From contig CALCIE010000065.1 in assembly GCA_937907425.1 (NCBI GenBank), positions 6,191 through 70,190 on the forward strand: a stretch of DNA of 64,000 bases, written 5' to 3'. The position numbers and the translations under genes were made by a program. Source of the stretch: an uncultured Pseudomonadota bacterium (GTDB lineage Bacteria > Pseudomonadota > Gammaproteobacteria > Burkholderiales > SG8-39). This document shows, piece by piece, positions 49,612 through 57,548 of this stretch (position 1 is the first letter of the stretch; the number at the start of each line of letters is the position of its first letter). The notes under the pieces were generated by a model. That model was not told where the DNA came from and ran no database searches. It was given only the letters and a program-made list of their open reading frames with translations.

Positions 49612-51042
49612 ATGAAGCGAAGCAGCGATCCGTCATCGCGTGTGCCGACCGGCATCCCCGGCCTCGACCCGGTCCTCGGCGGCGGACTGGTGCTGCCCGG
49701 CATGTACATGCTCGAAGGGCCGCCCGGTGCCGGCAAGACCATCCTCTCGGCGCAGCTCGGTTTCAGGCTCGCGCGCGCGGGACATAAAGCCATCTATCTC
49801 AGCCTGATCGCCGAATCGCACGGCAAGCTGTTGCAGAACCTGCGCGGCTTCGAGTTCTTCGACGACAAGCTCGTACCCGAGCGCTTCGTGCTGATGAGCG
49901 GCTACCAGGAGCTGAAGAGCGCCGGGCTGGCCGGGCTGCTGCAGTTCATCGCCCAGGCCCTGGCCGAACACCGGCCCGCCCTGCTGGTCATCGACGGCTA
50001 CAGCAGCCTGCACATGCTCGCGCCCCGTCCCAGCGCCACGGCGGAATTCGTCTACGAGCTGAATACGCTCATCACCACTGCGAAATGCCTGTGCGTGCTG
50101 ATCGCGCCGCAGGAGAACGGCCATTGGGCTGAGAAGAACCTGGTCGACGGCCTGATCGAGCTGTACCGGCAGCCGAGCGGCATGCGCAGCGTACGCGAAC
50201 TGGAGGTTCACAAGATGCGCGCCGCCGCGCAGATCGAAGGCCGTCATGCCTTCCTCATCGATTCCAGCGGCATACGGGTGTTCCCGCGCCTGGAGGCGAG
50301 CGTGCCGTTCCGGCATACGCCGCCGGTCTACGAGGACGAACGCGCCGCCTTCGGGGTGCCGGGCCTGGACGGGATGCTGTACGGCGGCGTGCTGCGCGGC
50401 AGCGTCACCTGCGTGTCCGGCCCGCCGGGCGCCGGCAAGACCATCGCCTGCCTGCATTTCCTCGATGAAGGCGCACGGCACGGCGAGCCGGGCCTGTACT
50501 TCGGCTTCTACGAGGCGCCCACGCATCTGCTCGCCAAGGCGCGCAACCTCGGCATGAAGCTCGAAGAGGCCTACCAGGCCGGCACCTTCGCCGTCGTCTG
50601 GCAGCCGGCGCTGGAATGCGGACTCGACCAACTGGCGGCGCAACTGCTCGAAGACGTGCAACGGCGTCAGGTGCGGCGCGTGGTGATCGACGGCCTGGAG
50701 GGCTTCGTGCAGAGTGCGATCCGGCCCGAACGGATCAGCACCTTCTTCAATGCGCTCGTGGGCGAACTGCGCCGGCTGCACGCGACCACGCTCTACACCG
50801 AGGAGAGCACGCTGTTCGCGCTTCCTGCGGGCGCTTCCACCCTGTCGAGCCCGGCGATCGTCGGCAACCACATCGTCCTGGGTTATGTACAGCACGAAGC
50901 GCACATGCGCCGCACCATCGCCGTGCTCAAGCAGCGCCAGAGCGCGCACGACCAGGACCTCAGGGAATGCTGGATCGAAGACAAGGGACTGCGCGTCGCG
51001 CCCGACAGCGGCAGCGCGCAAGCCTTCCTGGCGGGATCATGA
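49612..51042 (+). CDS. Two-domain KaiC-like RecA-superfamily ATPase
   Basis: VPTGIPGLDPVLGGG, and two Walker A motifs, both GPPGAGKT. A single acidic residue (IAES, FYEA) stands where true KaiC has EE. Confidence 0.8.
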   Translation: MKRSSDPSSRVPTGIPGLDPVLGGGLVLPGMYMLEGPPGAGKTILSAQLGFRLARAGHKAIYLSLIAESHGKLLQNLRGFEFFDDKLVPERFVLMSGYQELKSAGLAGLLQFIAQALAEHRPALLVIDGYSSLHMLAPRPSATAEFVYELNTLITTAKCLCVLIAPQENGHWAEKNLVDGLIELYRQPSGMRSVRELEVHKMRAAAQIEGRHAFLIDSSGIRVFPRLEASVPFRHTPPVYEDERAAFGVPGLDGMLYGGVLRGSVTCVSGPPGAGKTIACLHFLDEGARHGEPGLYFGFYEAPTHLLAKARNLGMKLEEAYQAGTFAVVWQPALECGLDQLAAQLLEDVQRRQVRRVVIDGLEGFVQSAIRPERISTFFNALVGELRRLHATTLYTEESTLFALPAGASTLSSPAIVGNHIVLGYVQHEAHMRRTIAVLKQRQSAHDQDLRECWIEDKGLRVAPDSGSAQAFLAGS

Positions 51043-51410
51043 TGGCGACGCAGGCGAAAAGCATCCTGGTGGTGGACGACGAGTTCGACGTGCGCGCCAT
51101 CATGGAGCTGATCCTGGGCATGCAGAACTACGACGTCCTCACCACGCCCAGCGCCCTGCTCGCGCTCGAGAAACTGCAGCAGGAACAGCCGGCGCTGATC
51201 ATCACCGACTGGATGATGCCGATCATGGACGGCGTCGAGTTCTGCAAACAGGTGCGCATGCACCCGCAATGGCGCGAAGTGCCGATCATCATGATGAGCG
51301 CCGCCAACGAACCGGCCGACCGCAACCAGGGGCTGTGGAACGCCTATCTCCACAAGCCGCTGGACATGGACGAGCTGCTGCAGACGGTCGCGCAGACGCT
51401 CGGCGAATAG
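51039..51410 (+). CDS. CheY-like single-domain response regulator
   Basis: ILVVDDEFD ... LIITDWMMPIMDG ... HKP. ATGA overlap with the KaiC-like gene. Confidence 0.85.
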   Translation: MMATQAKSILVVDDEFDVRAIMELILGMQNYDVLTTPSALLALEKLQQEQPALIITDWMMPIMDGVEFCKQVRMHPQWREVPIIMMSAANEPADRNQGLWNAYLHKPLDMDELLQTVAQTLGE

Positions 51411-51416
51411 GCGCGC

Positions 51417-53159
51417 TCAGGTGCGCCGCGTGGGCACCGCGGCCGAGCCCGAATGCCCGGCGGCAGGCACGGTATAGCGTTCTTCGATGGCCTCGCGGAT
51501 GCGCGTGCGGCTCTCCTGCGGCGACAGGCCCGCGTCCGCCTCGATGTCGCGCACCTGGTCGGCGAGTTGTTCGTCCTTCACGCAGTCGCGCAGCCAGCGC
51601 GAATAGTCGCCCCGGCGCAGATGATGCGTCCAGGTGTCGTCGTCCACGCCTTCGGCGAGCTGGGAGAACAGCACGAGGTTCTGCGCCCGTAGATTGAGCT
51701 TTGCCTCCGGGCCGCGGAAATAGAAGCTGCGGTCGGGCGGCAGCTCGCCTTCGGCGTACTTGCGCCGGTGGCGGCGGCGCTCGCTCCGGCCGGGTTCGAC
51801 CGCGATGACGAAAGGCGGCGTGGGCTCGCCGCGGAACCACAGCAAGGCCTGCCCGGGTTCCAGCTCCAGCGGCTGCGCGGCAGGCGGCTCGGCCCCCGCC
51901 GCGCGTGCGAAGTTGCCGAGCGTTTCGCAGGGCTCTTCACCGAGCGCGGCGACCACATCCACGCCGCGCAGCACCTCCGGCGCCACCCAGTCCGGATGCA
52001 CGGTGACGTAGATCATCGAACTGAGTCCCTCCCCCAGCATCGACGAGGCCGCTTCCCAATCGGTAGGCAGCAGGTGATGCGTCTCGTCGACCAGGATCCA
52101 ATGCGGACGGCCGGTCTTGGAGCGCAGCTCCTGCAGGCGCGGCAGCAGGCCGAGGAAGAAGTCCGGGCGGTCCTGCAAGGGCAGGCCGACGAGGTTCACG
52201 ACCACGTTGGTCTGCGGCTTCTCGAGCGCGGTCAGCACTTCGTTCGCCGAAGGCCCGTGATCGTTGTCGCCGAACACGATCGCGTCCTCGAAGCCTTCGT
52301 AGTCGCCCTCGGGATCGATGACGCAGAACTGGTAGCCCTGCTTGCACAGCCGTTCCAGCACGCCGCTGGCGAACGTCGATTTGCCGCTGCCCGAGGAGCC
52401 GGCAACGAGCAGGTTGTGCCACGCCGGTGCGATGTAAACCGGCTCGCCGCCGCGCCGGCCGAGCAGCAACCGCCGTCTGCGGAGCGCCGCGCCGCGCAGG
52501 TCGTCCTCCACCAGCCGGCGGACGATCTCCGCCACGCCTCCGCCGTGCGGCATGGCGGTCACGAGATCCGCTTCGCGTTTGAGCATCGGCACCGCGTTGG
52601 CGACCGCGACGCCGCACTCGCAGCAATCGAGCAGCGCGTGGTCGTTCTCGGCATCGCCGATCGCCACCACGTTGTGGGGGGACAGCTTCATGTGCTCGAG
52701 CGCCGCGGCGAGGCCCGATGCCTTGTTGACGCCCGGCGGCAGCACCATCACCGCGCCCTTGTTGAAGATGAGCTGCAGTTCCAGGCCCAGCTCGCGGACG
52801 GTCTCGATCACCGTGACCTCGTGCGGGGTGACGGTGGCGACGATCGACGCGCCGATCTGCAGGGGCACGCCCTTGCGCTCGAGCGCCTGCACGAATTCGG
52901 GCGGCGGCGCTTCGCCGAGTACGATGCGTTCGCGCGTGCCCGGCCGGTAAAGCAGCGCGCCGTTCTCCGCCACCACCCAGTCGAACAGATCGATCTCGGG
53001 AAACACCTCGAGCAGCTCGTTCAACTCGCGGCCGGTGACGAGCAGCAGTTTGCGTCCGGTCGCGGCCGCCTGTTTGAGCGCTTCGAGCGTGTCCGGCGCC
53101 ACCTTCCCCGCGTGGGCGAGCGTGCCGTCGTAATCGATCGCCAGGGCCAGATAGCGCAT
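51417..53159 (-). CDS. Fusion protein: HAD-IIB (Cof-type) phosphatase domain plus HerA/FtsK-like P-loop ATPase domain
   Basis: HAD motifs DYDGT (aa 9-13), VTGR and GDAENDH. Then Walker A GSSGSGKST (aa 254-262), the HerA-like VIDPEGDY and Walker B WILVDETHH (aa 354-362). No SD precedes the ATG. Confidence 0.75.
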   Translation of the reverse strand: MRYLALAIDYDGTLAHAGKVAPDTLEALKQAAATGRKLLLVTGRELNELLEVFPEIDLFDWVVAENGALLYRPGTRERIVLGEAPPPEFVQALERKGVPLQIGASIVATVTPHEVTVIETVRELGLELQLIFNKGAVMVLPPGVNKASGLAAALEHMKLSPHNVVAIGDAENDHALLDCCECGVAVANAVPMLKREADLVTAMPHGGGVAEIVRRLVEDDLRGAALRRRRLLLGRRGGEPVYIAPAWHNLLVAGSSGSGKSTFASGVLERLCKQGYQFCVIDPEGDYEGFEDAIVFGDNDHGPSANEVLTALEKPQTNVVVNLVGLPLQDRPDFFLGLLPRLQELRSKTGRPHWILVDETHHLLPTDWEAASSMLGEGLSSMIYVTVHPDWVAPEVLRGVDVVAALGEEPCETLGNFARAAGAEPPAAQPLELEPGQALLWFRGEPTPPFVIAVEPGRSERRRHRRKYAEGELPPDRSFYFRGPEAKLNLRAQNLVLFSQLAEGVDDDTWTHHLRRGDYSRWLRDCVKDEQLADQVRDIEADAGLSPQESRTRIREAIEERYTVPAAGHSGSAAVPTRRT

Positions 53160-53218
53160 GGGGGAACGAGGAAGGGAATCTGCCTCCCCGGGTGCAAGTG
53201 CCGCACCCGCGGCGCACA

Positions 53219-53249
53219 GAAAAACGGGCGCCCCGATGCGGGGGCGCCC
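53219..53249 (-). terminator. Intrinsic terminator downstream of the integrase gene
   Basis: The minus strand reads GGGCGCCCC-CGCATC-GGGGCGCCC-G-UUUUU. Confidence 0.75.
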
Positions 53250-53418
53250 GAAACTTCCCTAAGGAGGAGGAAGACGGGATGGCGCACAAACCGACGGGGA
53301 GGAGGAGGGAGGAGAGATCCGGCTTGCATGCATCCCGTCCACGCATGCTACGGGTCCGGCCGGGCGCGCTGTAGATGCGCCCGTCCGATTCGGATGTAGG
53401 ACGCCTCCTACCCTGCCT

Positions 53419-54597
53419 TCAGCCTTCGCGCGGTTCGCCGAGCCGGAAGCGCAGCCGGTTCACCGCCGCCGCCAGTACGGCGAGCGGCATCTCCTGCCGG
53501 CTGCGGCGCGTCCGGCGCCCGACCAGCGCCTCGAACACCGCTTCCTCGACCCCGGCTTCGCGGCAGGCTTCGGCAAAGGTGTGACGGAAGGAATCGAAGG
53601 TCTTGCGCCGGTCGCGGATGCCCACCGCGCCGCGCAGATAGCGGGCGAACCACTTCGACCAGTTGCCCGTGGGCTTGCCCTTGTTGTCCGGGCGCAATTC
53701 CGGAAACAGCCGCTGCTCCCCTGCCCTGCGCTGCATCTCCACGAACTGCAGGAAACCGAGGCGGATGAGGTCCGGATGGATGGGCACCGGCCGGCGCTCC
53801 GGTTCGCCCTTGCGCGTGTGCTCGGTGAGCATGTCGAGATACTTCACGCCCTCGGCCTCCCGGACGTCCTCCACCCGCAGGACGCCGATCTCGCCCTGCC
53901 GCGCACCGGTGTAGAGGGCGAGCAACGGCAGCCAGTAGGCCGCCGCTCCGGCGCCCGCGACGGGCCGTTCGCCCTGGGCGTATACCGGCGAGGCGAAAAT
54001 CGCCAGCAGTTCCTCGGGCGTGAACTCCACGCGCGGCCTGCGCCCGGGGCGCGCACCTTCGACGGTTATACCGCGCGCGGGATTGCGCGCGATCAGGCCG
54101 TCCTCGACCGCGAGTTGCAGCATGGCGGCGATAGCGCCGAGCTGTTTCTTGACCGTGCCGGCCGAAAGCCCTTCCGCGACCATCGCGTCGCGCATCGCCT
54201 CGATGTGACGCGGTTCGATCGCCTCGACCGCAAGACCGGGATGCAGGCTCACGAAACGGCTCGTGGCCTTGGCGAAGTCGTAAACGGTGGTGCGCGGCCG
54301 TTTCGCGCGTGCGTTCCAGCGCTCGAACAGGGCGCGCATGGCGCCTTCGGCCGCCGCATCCGGCGGCAAGGGCTTCACGCCGCGCGCCGCGCGTTCGGCT
54401 TCGCGCAGCCGGGCGAATTCCTCCTCCAGCCGCTGCGCTTCCAGGCGCGCGAGCCGCTGCGCCTCCAGCACATCGCGCGTGCCGAGCGACTTGCGCACTT
54501 CGTCGGTACCGAAATGCGCCCGCAGGGCTGCGGGGATTTTTTTGCGGAAGTAGTAGACCTCTCCTCGACGGAACAGAAACTTCGCGTCTGCTGCCAT
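53419..54597 (-). mobile_element. Tyrosine site-specific integrase (DUF6538-type N-terminus)
   Basis: 392 aa. MAADAKFLFRRGEVYYFRKKIP N-terminus and a C-terminal catalytic region with R..HxxR..Y elements (FRHTFAE; the end of the protein is not checked in detail). Confidence 0.85.
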
Positions 54598-54720
54598 GGC
54601 GCGATTCTAGCCCCACCCCGCCCGGTGTACCAGATTCCACACCTATTGCATTGATCCGCTTCGAAAATGATCCGGCGCCCGGCTTTCTGATCAATGGCGT
54701 CCCGTGCGTCCGGCCGGGTC

Positions 54721-54747
54721 AAGAAAAAGGCTGGGAATCCCGGCCTT
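54721..54747 (-). terminator. usp terminator
   Basis: The minus strand reads AAGGCCGGG-AUU-CCCAGCCUU-UUUCUU (one mismatch in the stem), 22 nt after the usp stop. Confidence 0.6.
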
Positions 54748-54768
54748 GCTGCTACGCCTTGCGCGAGC

Positions 54769-55269
54769 TCATTCGCTGGCGAGCCACACCACTGCCAGGC
54801 CGCCCGCGAGCCCTGCGGGCAGGCCCACACGTTCGGCCCAGCCGCGACGGCCGCCGCTCACGGACTGGACCGGCACGGGCGTCAGTTTGATGAGTTGATC
54901 GACCAGCCGTCCCCTCCAGCCCAACCCCGCCGCGGGCTGTGCGCCGATGACGATGCGGTCGGGACTTTCGCGCCTGGCGAACCCGGCGATCGCCGCCGCG
55001 ATGTGACCGCGTGCCATATGCGTGCTGCAAGGAATGCCGGCGCTGCGCACGCGACGCGCCGCGACGGCCATGGCCGCACGGGCGCGGTCCAGACGCATCG
55101 CTTCGCACGCGCCCGCCCCGACGAAGCGGCTGACGTGGCGCGTCATGAGGGGTTGCACATTGAGCAGTTGAATCGAGGCATGGCCATGTTCCAGCGCATC
55201 GCGGATCGCCGCGTCCACCGCCTTCAGTGCACATTCGGAACCGTTGACCGGTACGAGGATTTTCAACAT
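54769..55269 (-). CDS. Universal stress protein (UspA family)
   Basis: MLKILVPVNGSECALKAVD ... the IVIGAQ pattern of Usp domains. Confidence 0.8.
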   Translation of the reverse strand: MLKILVPVNGSECALKAVDAAIRDALEHGHASIQLLNVQPLMTRHVSRFVGAGACEAMRLDRARAAMAVAARRVRSAGIPCSTHMARGHIAAAIAGFARRESPDRIVIGAQPAAGLGWRGRLVDQLIKLTPVPVQSVSGGRRGWAERVGLPAGLAGGLAVVWLASE

Positions 55270-55285
55270 GACAGGGCTCCTTGCG

Positions 55286-55978
55286 TTAAGCGTTGCGTAC
55301 CGCCGGGGCGCGGCGGCGATTCCTGAGATACCCGAGACCGATCACACCGCCGATCACGGAGACGTACAGCGAGACGACGAAGGCCGGGTTGGCGGCCAGC
55401 ACATCGGCGACCAGAGGCTCGCCCGTAACCAGCTTCACGGCGGTCCACGCCAGCACCGCGGCACCCAGGTAGATGATCGCGGGGAAGCGTTCGATCAGCC
55501 GCAGGATGAGCCGCGATCCGCCGATTACGATGGGGATGCTGATCAACAGGCCCAGCACGACGAGCACGACGCTGCCGTGCGCTGCGCCGGCGATCGCCAG
55601 CACGTTGTCGAGCCCCATGACCGCATCGGCGATGACGATTGTCTTCATCGCGCCCCAGAAGGTCGTGGCGGAGGCGACATGGCCGTGCGAATCGTGCGAT
55701 TCGCCTGGCGCGACCAGCCGCCACGCGATCCAAACCAGCGCCAGACCGCCGGCGAGCATCAGGCCCGGCACCTTCAGCAGCCAGACCACGATCAGGGCCA
55801 TGGCGGCACGCATCGCGACGGCGCCGAAGGTGCCCCACAACACCGCCTTGCGCTGCAGATGAGCGGGGAGATTGCGCGCCGCGAGCGCGATGACGATCGC
55901 GTTGTCGCCCGCCAGCACGAGGTCGATCAGCACGATCGCCGCGAGCGCGGAGAAAAACTCCGGAGTGAACAGTTCCAT
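55286..55978 (-). CDS. TerC-family membrane protein, YjbE subgroup (putative Mn2+ exporter)
   Basis: LVLAGDNAIVIALAA and ADAVMGLDNVLAIAGAA are the duplicated TerC motifs. ATG 55978 follows AAGGAAG and is preceded by a Mn2+ riboswitch. Confidence 0.85.
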   Translation of the reverse strand: MELFTPEFFSALAAIVLIDLVLAGDNAIVIALAARNLPAHLQRKAVLWGTFGAVAMRAAMALIVVWLLKVPGLMLAGGLALVWIAWRLVAPGESHDSHGHVASATTFWGAMKTIVIADAVMGLDNVLAIAGAAHGSVVLVVLGLLISIPIVIGGSRLILRLIERFPAIIYLGAAVLAWTAVKLVTGEPLVADVLAANPAFVVSLYVSVIGGVIGLGYLRNRRRAPAVRNA

Positions 55979-56033
55979 CGACTTCCTTTCCGGCGGACCG
56001 CGAGGATCGCAACCGGCCGGGCACGATCCGCCA

Positions 56034-56150
56034 CCTTTGCCCGAATCCGGCAAAGGTCTCGCTCGTGCGCGGCGGCCCCGACGACCGGAGAGGGAATCTC
56101 GCAATGACGATCGCCGGCGGGAATCGCTTCCCGGAGCTACTCCCCTTTGA
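56034..56150 (-). promoter_or_regulatory. yybP-ykoY Mn2+ riboswitch (aptamer about 56049-56150, platform hairpin 56034-56056)
   Basis: AAAGGGGAGUAGC (56136-56148 on the plus strand, as reverse complement), the internal CGUCAUUGCG, and the 3' strand GAGCGAGACCUUUGCC (56049-64). CCUUUGCC can pair with the downstream GGCAAAGG. Confidence 0.85.
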
Positions 56151-56226
56151 AGGGTTCCCCGCCGCATGTCGCGCGACGGGTTGCGACGATCTTGCGCAAA
56201 GGCGGGAAGGAAAGGAAACGAAGCTT

Positions 56227-56254
56227 CGCAATGCGGCCATTGCGACACGCAATG
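56227..56254. promoter_or_regulatory. Three phased 7-mers CGCAATG / CATTGCG / CGCAATG (candidate operator)
   Basis: Located at 56227-33, 56238-44 and 56248-54, with start-to-start spacing of 11 and 10 bp. They form two overlapping perfect inverted repeats between the divergent transcription units. Confidence 0.5.
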
Positions 56255-56307
56255 AGGAAAGACGGAACTCCCGGGCCCGAACCCGGTCTGCTACGAAGTC
56301 GCGGCTC

Positions 56308-56439
56308 CCAAAGGGGAGTAGCAAGGCGCAAGGGCCGTCAATTCGGAGAAGATGATCCCGGCCCTGCGGGCAGACGAACGTCTGTGAGCGAGACCTTTGC
56401 CGCCGGCAGCGCTGCGATGCAGCAGTCCGCCCGGCAAAG
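56308..56439 (+). promoter_or_regulatory. Second yybP-ykoY Mn2+ riboswitch, upstream of the LysR gene
   Basis: AAAGGGGAGUAGC at 56310-22, GGGCCGUCAAUUCGG, the CAGAC-GAAC-GUCUG hairpin and GAGCGAGACCUUUGCC at 56386-401. CUUUGCCG (56395-402) is complementary to CGGCAAAG (56432-39). Confidence 0.8.
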
Positions 56440-56476
56440 CCGTTCCGTCAATCGCCACAGACGAGGAGATTTCGTC

Positions 56477-57472
56477 ATGCTCGACCGTCGCCTGCGCCGC
56501 TATCTGCGGCACGGCATGCTGCCGCAGCTCGCCGCCTTCGAAGCGGTCGTCCGACTGGGCGGCTTCACCCGCGCCGCCGAAGCGCTGCATCTGGCGCAGC
56601 CGACCGTTTCCCTGCTCGTCAAGAAGCTCGGCGAAGCTCTCGGCGTTGTGCTGTTCGAGTCCACCGCCCCGGTGCGGCTCACCCCCGCCGGGCAGGAAAC
56701 CTACCGCTTCTGCCAGGATTTCTACGAGCGCTGCTCGACCTTCGATCAGCGGCTGGCGCAGTTCAAGAATTCCCCGCCCGATACGCTGCGCATCGTCGCC
56801 TGCACGGCGGCCGAGTCGATCGCGCCCCTGCTGCTGGACAGCTTCTGCAGCCTGCACCCCGAGGTCCGGCTGGTGCTCTCGGTCGCGAACCGCGAAACCA
56901 TGCTGGAACGCTTCCACGCCCGGACCGACGACTTCTACATCTTCGGCGCGCCCGTCGCGCTGGACGCGAGCTTCCATCCGCTGCAGGAAGACGAACTGCA
57001 CTTTTACGCTTCGGTCGCCCACCCTTACGCGCGCCGCCGCGGACTCCGGCTCGAAGCGCTCGCGCGCGAGCCGATCCTGGGACGGGAACCGGGTTCGGCG
57101 TCGCGCACGGCGCTGGAGGAAGTCTTCGCGCCGCTGGGCGGCTGCAGTCTGCGTTTGGAAATGGACGACGACGCGACCATCAAGCGCGCGGTCGCCGCGG
57201 GCCTGGGCGTGGCTTTGCTGTCCCGCTACGCCGTCGCGGAAAACCCGCGCCACGACGCGCTCGTCCCGTTAAAGGTGGAAGGATTGCCGTTGAAACGGCG
57301 CTGGCAGCTCGTGCATCGCGCGCAGGATGCGCGCTCGCCCGTGGCCGAAGCGTTCATCGCCGCGCTCACCGCCAAGGCCCGGCAGCTCGAAGAACGCTAT
57401 TTCAACACCCCGGCCGTCGCCGGCCGGCGGATACCGCATGCGGAGGTGCTGACCCGCGCGGGATCGGGATAA
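56477..57472 (+). CDS. LysR-family transcriptional regulator
   Basis: HTH region LAAFEAVVRLGGFTRAAEALHLAQPTVSLLVKKLGEALGVVLFE. ATG 56477 lies 8 nt after GAGGAG. Confidence 0.85.
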   Translation: MLDRRLRRYLRHGMLPQLAAFEAVVRLGGFTRAAEALHLAQPTVSLLVKKLGEALGVVLFESTAPVRLTPAGQETYRFCQDFYERCSTFDQRLAQFKNSPPDTLRIVACTAAESIAPLLLDSFCSLHPEVRLVLSVANRETMLERFHARTDDFYIFGAPVALDASFHPLQEDELHFYASVAHPYARRRGLRLEALAREPILGREPGSASRTALEEVFAPLGGCSLRLEMDDDATIKRAVAAGLGVALLSRYAVAENPRHDALVPLKVEGLPLKRRWQLVHRAQDARSPVAEAFIAALTAKARQLEERYFNTPAVAGRRIPHAEVLTRAGSG

Positions 57473-57548
57473 GGCCTCGCGCGCACGCGGCCGTAGAACG
57501 CGCCGGTTCGACGGCGAACGCCGGTGTCACACGTCGGTTGAACGGGCA

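Noticed and set aside
49612-51042. Calling the KaiC-like gene a circadian clock component
   Set aside because: There is no kaiA or kaiB nearby, and the catalytic EE pairs are reduced to single acidic residues. Only the generic KaiC/RecA-like ATPase fold is supportable.
53261-53320. Repetitive GGAGGAGG purine blocks as a possible repeat array or CRISPR-like element
   Set aside because: There is no regular repeat-spacer periodicity, only two short homopurine tracts. They are reported instead as a UTR/mini-ORF curiosity.
54695-54703. TGGCGTCCC, identical to the first 9 nt of the tRNA-Glu 3' end as written on the plus strand, lying just upstream of the integrase gene (a possible att remnant)
   Set aside because: Only 9 nt match and the similarity stops immediately. 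A match of this length is expected by chance in 64 kb read on both strands.
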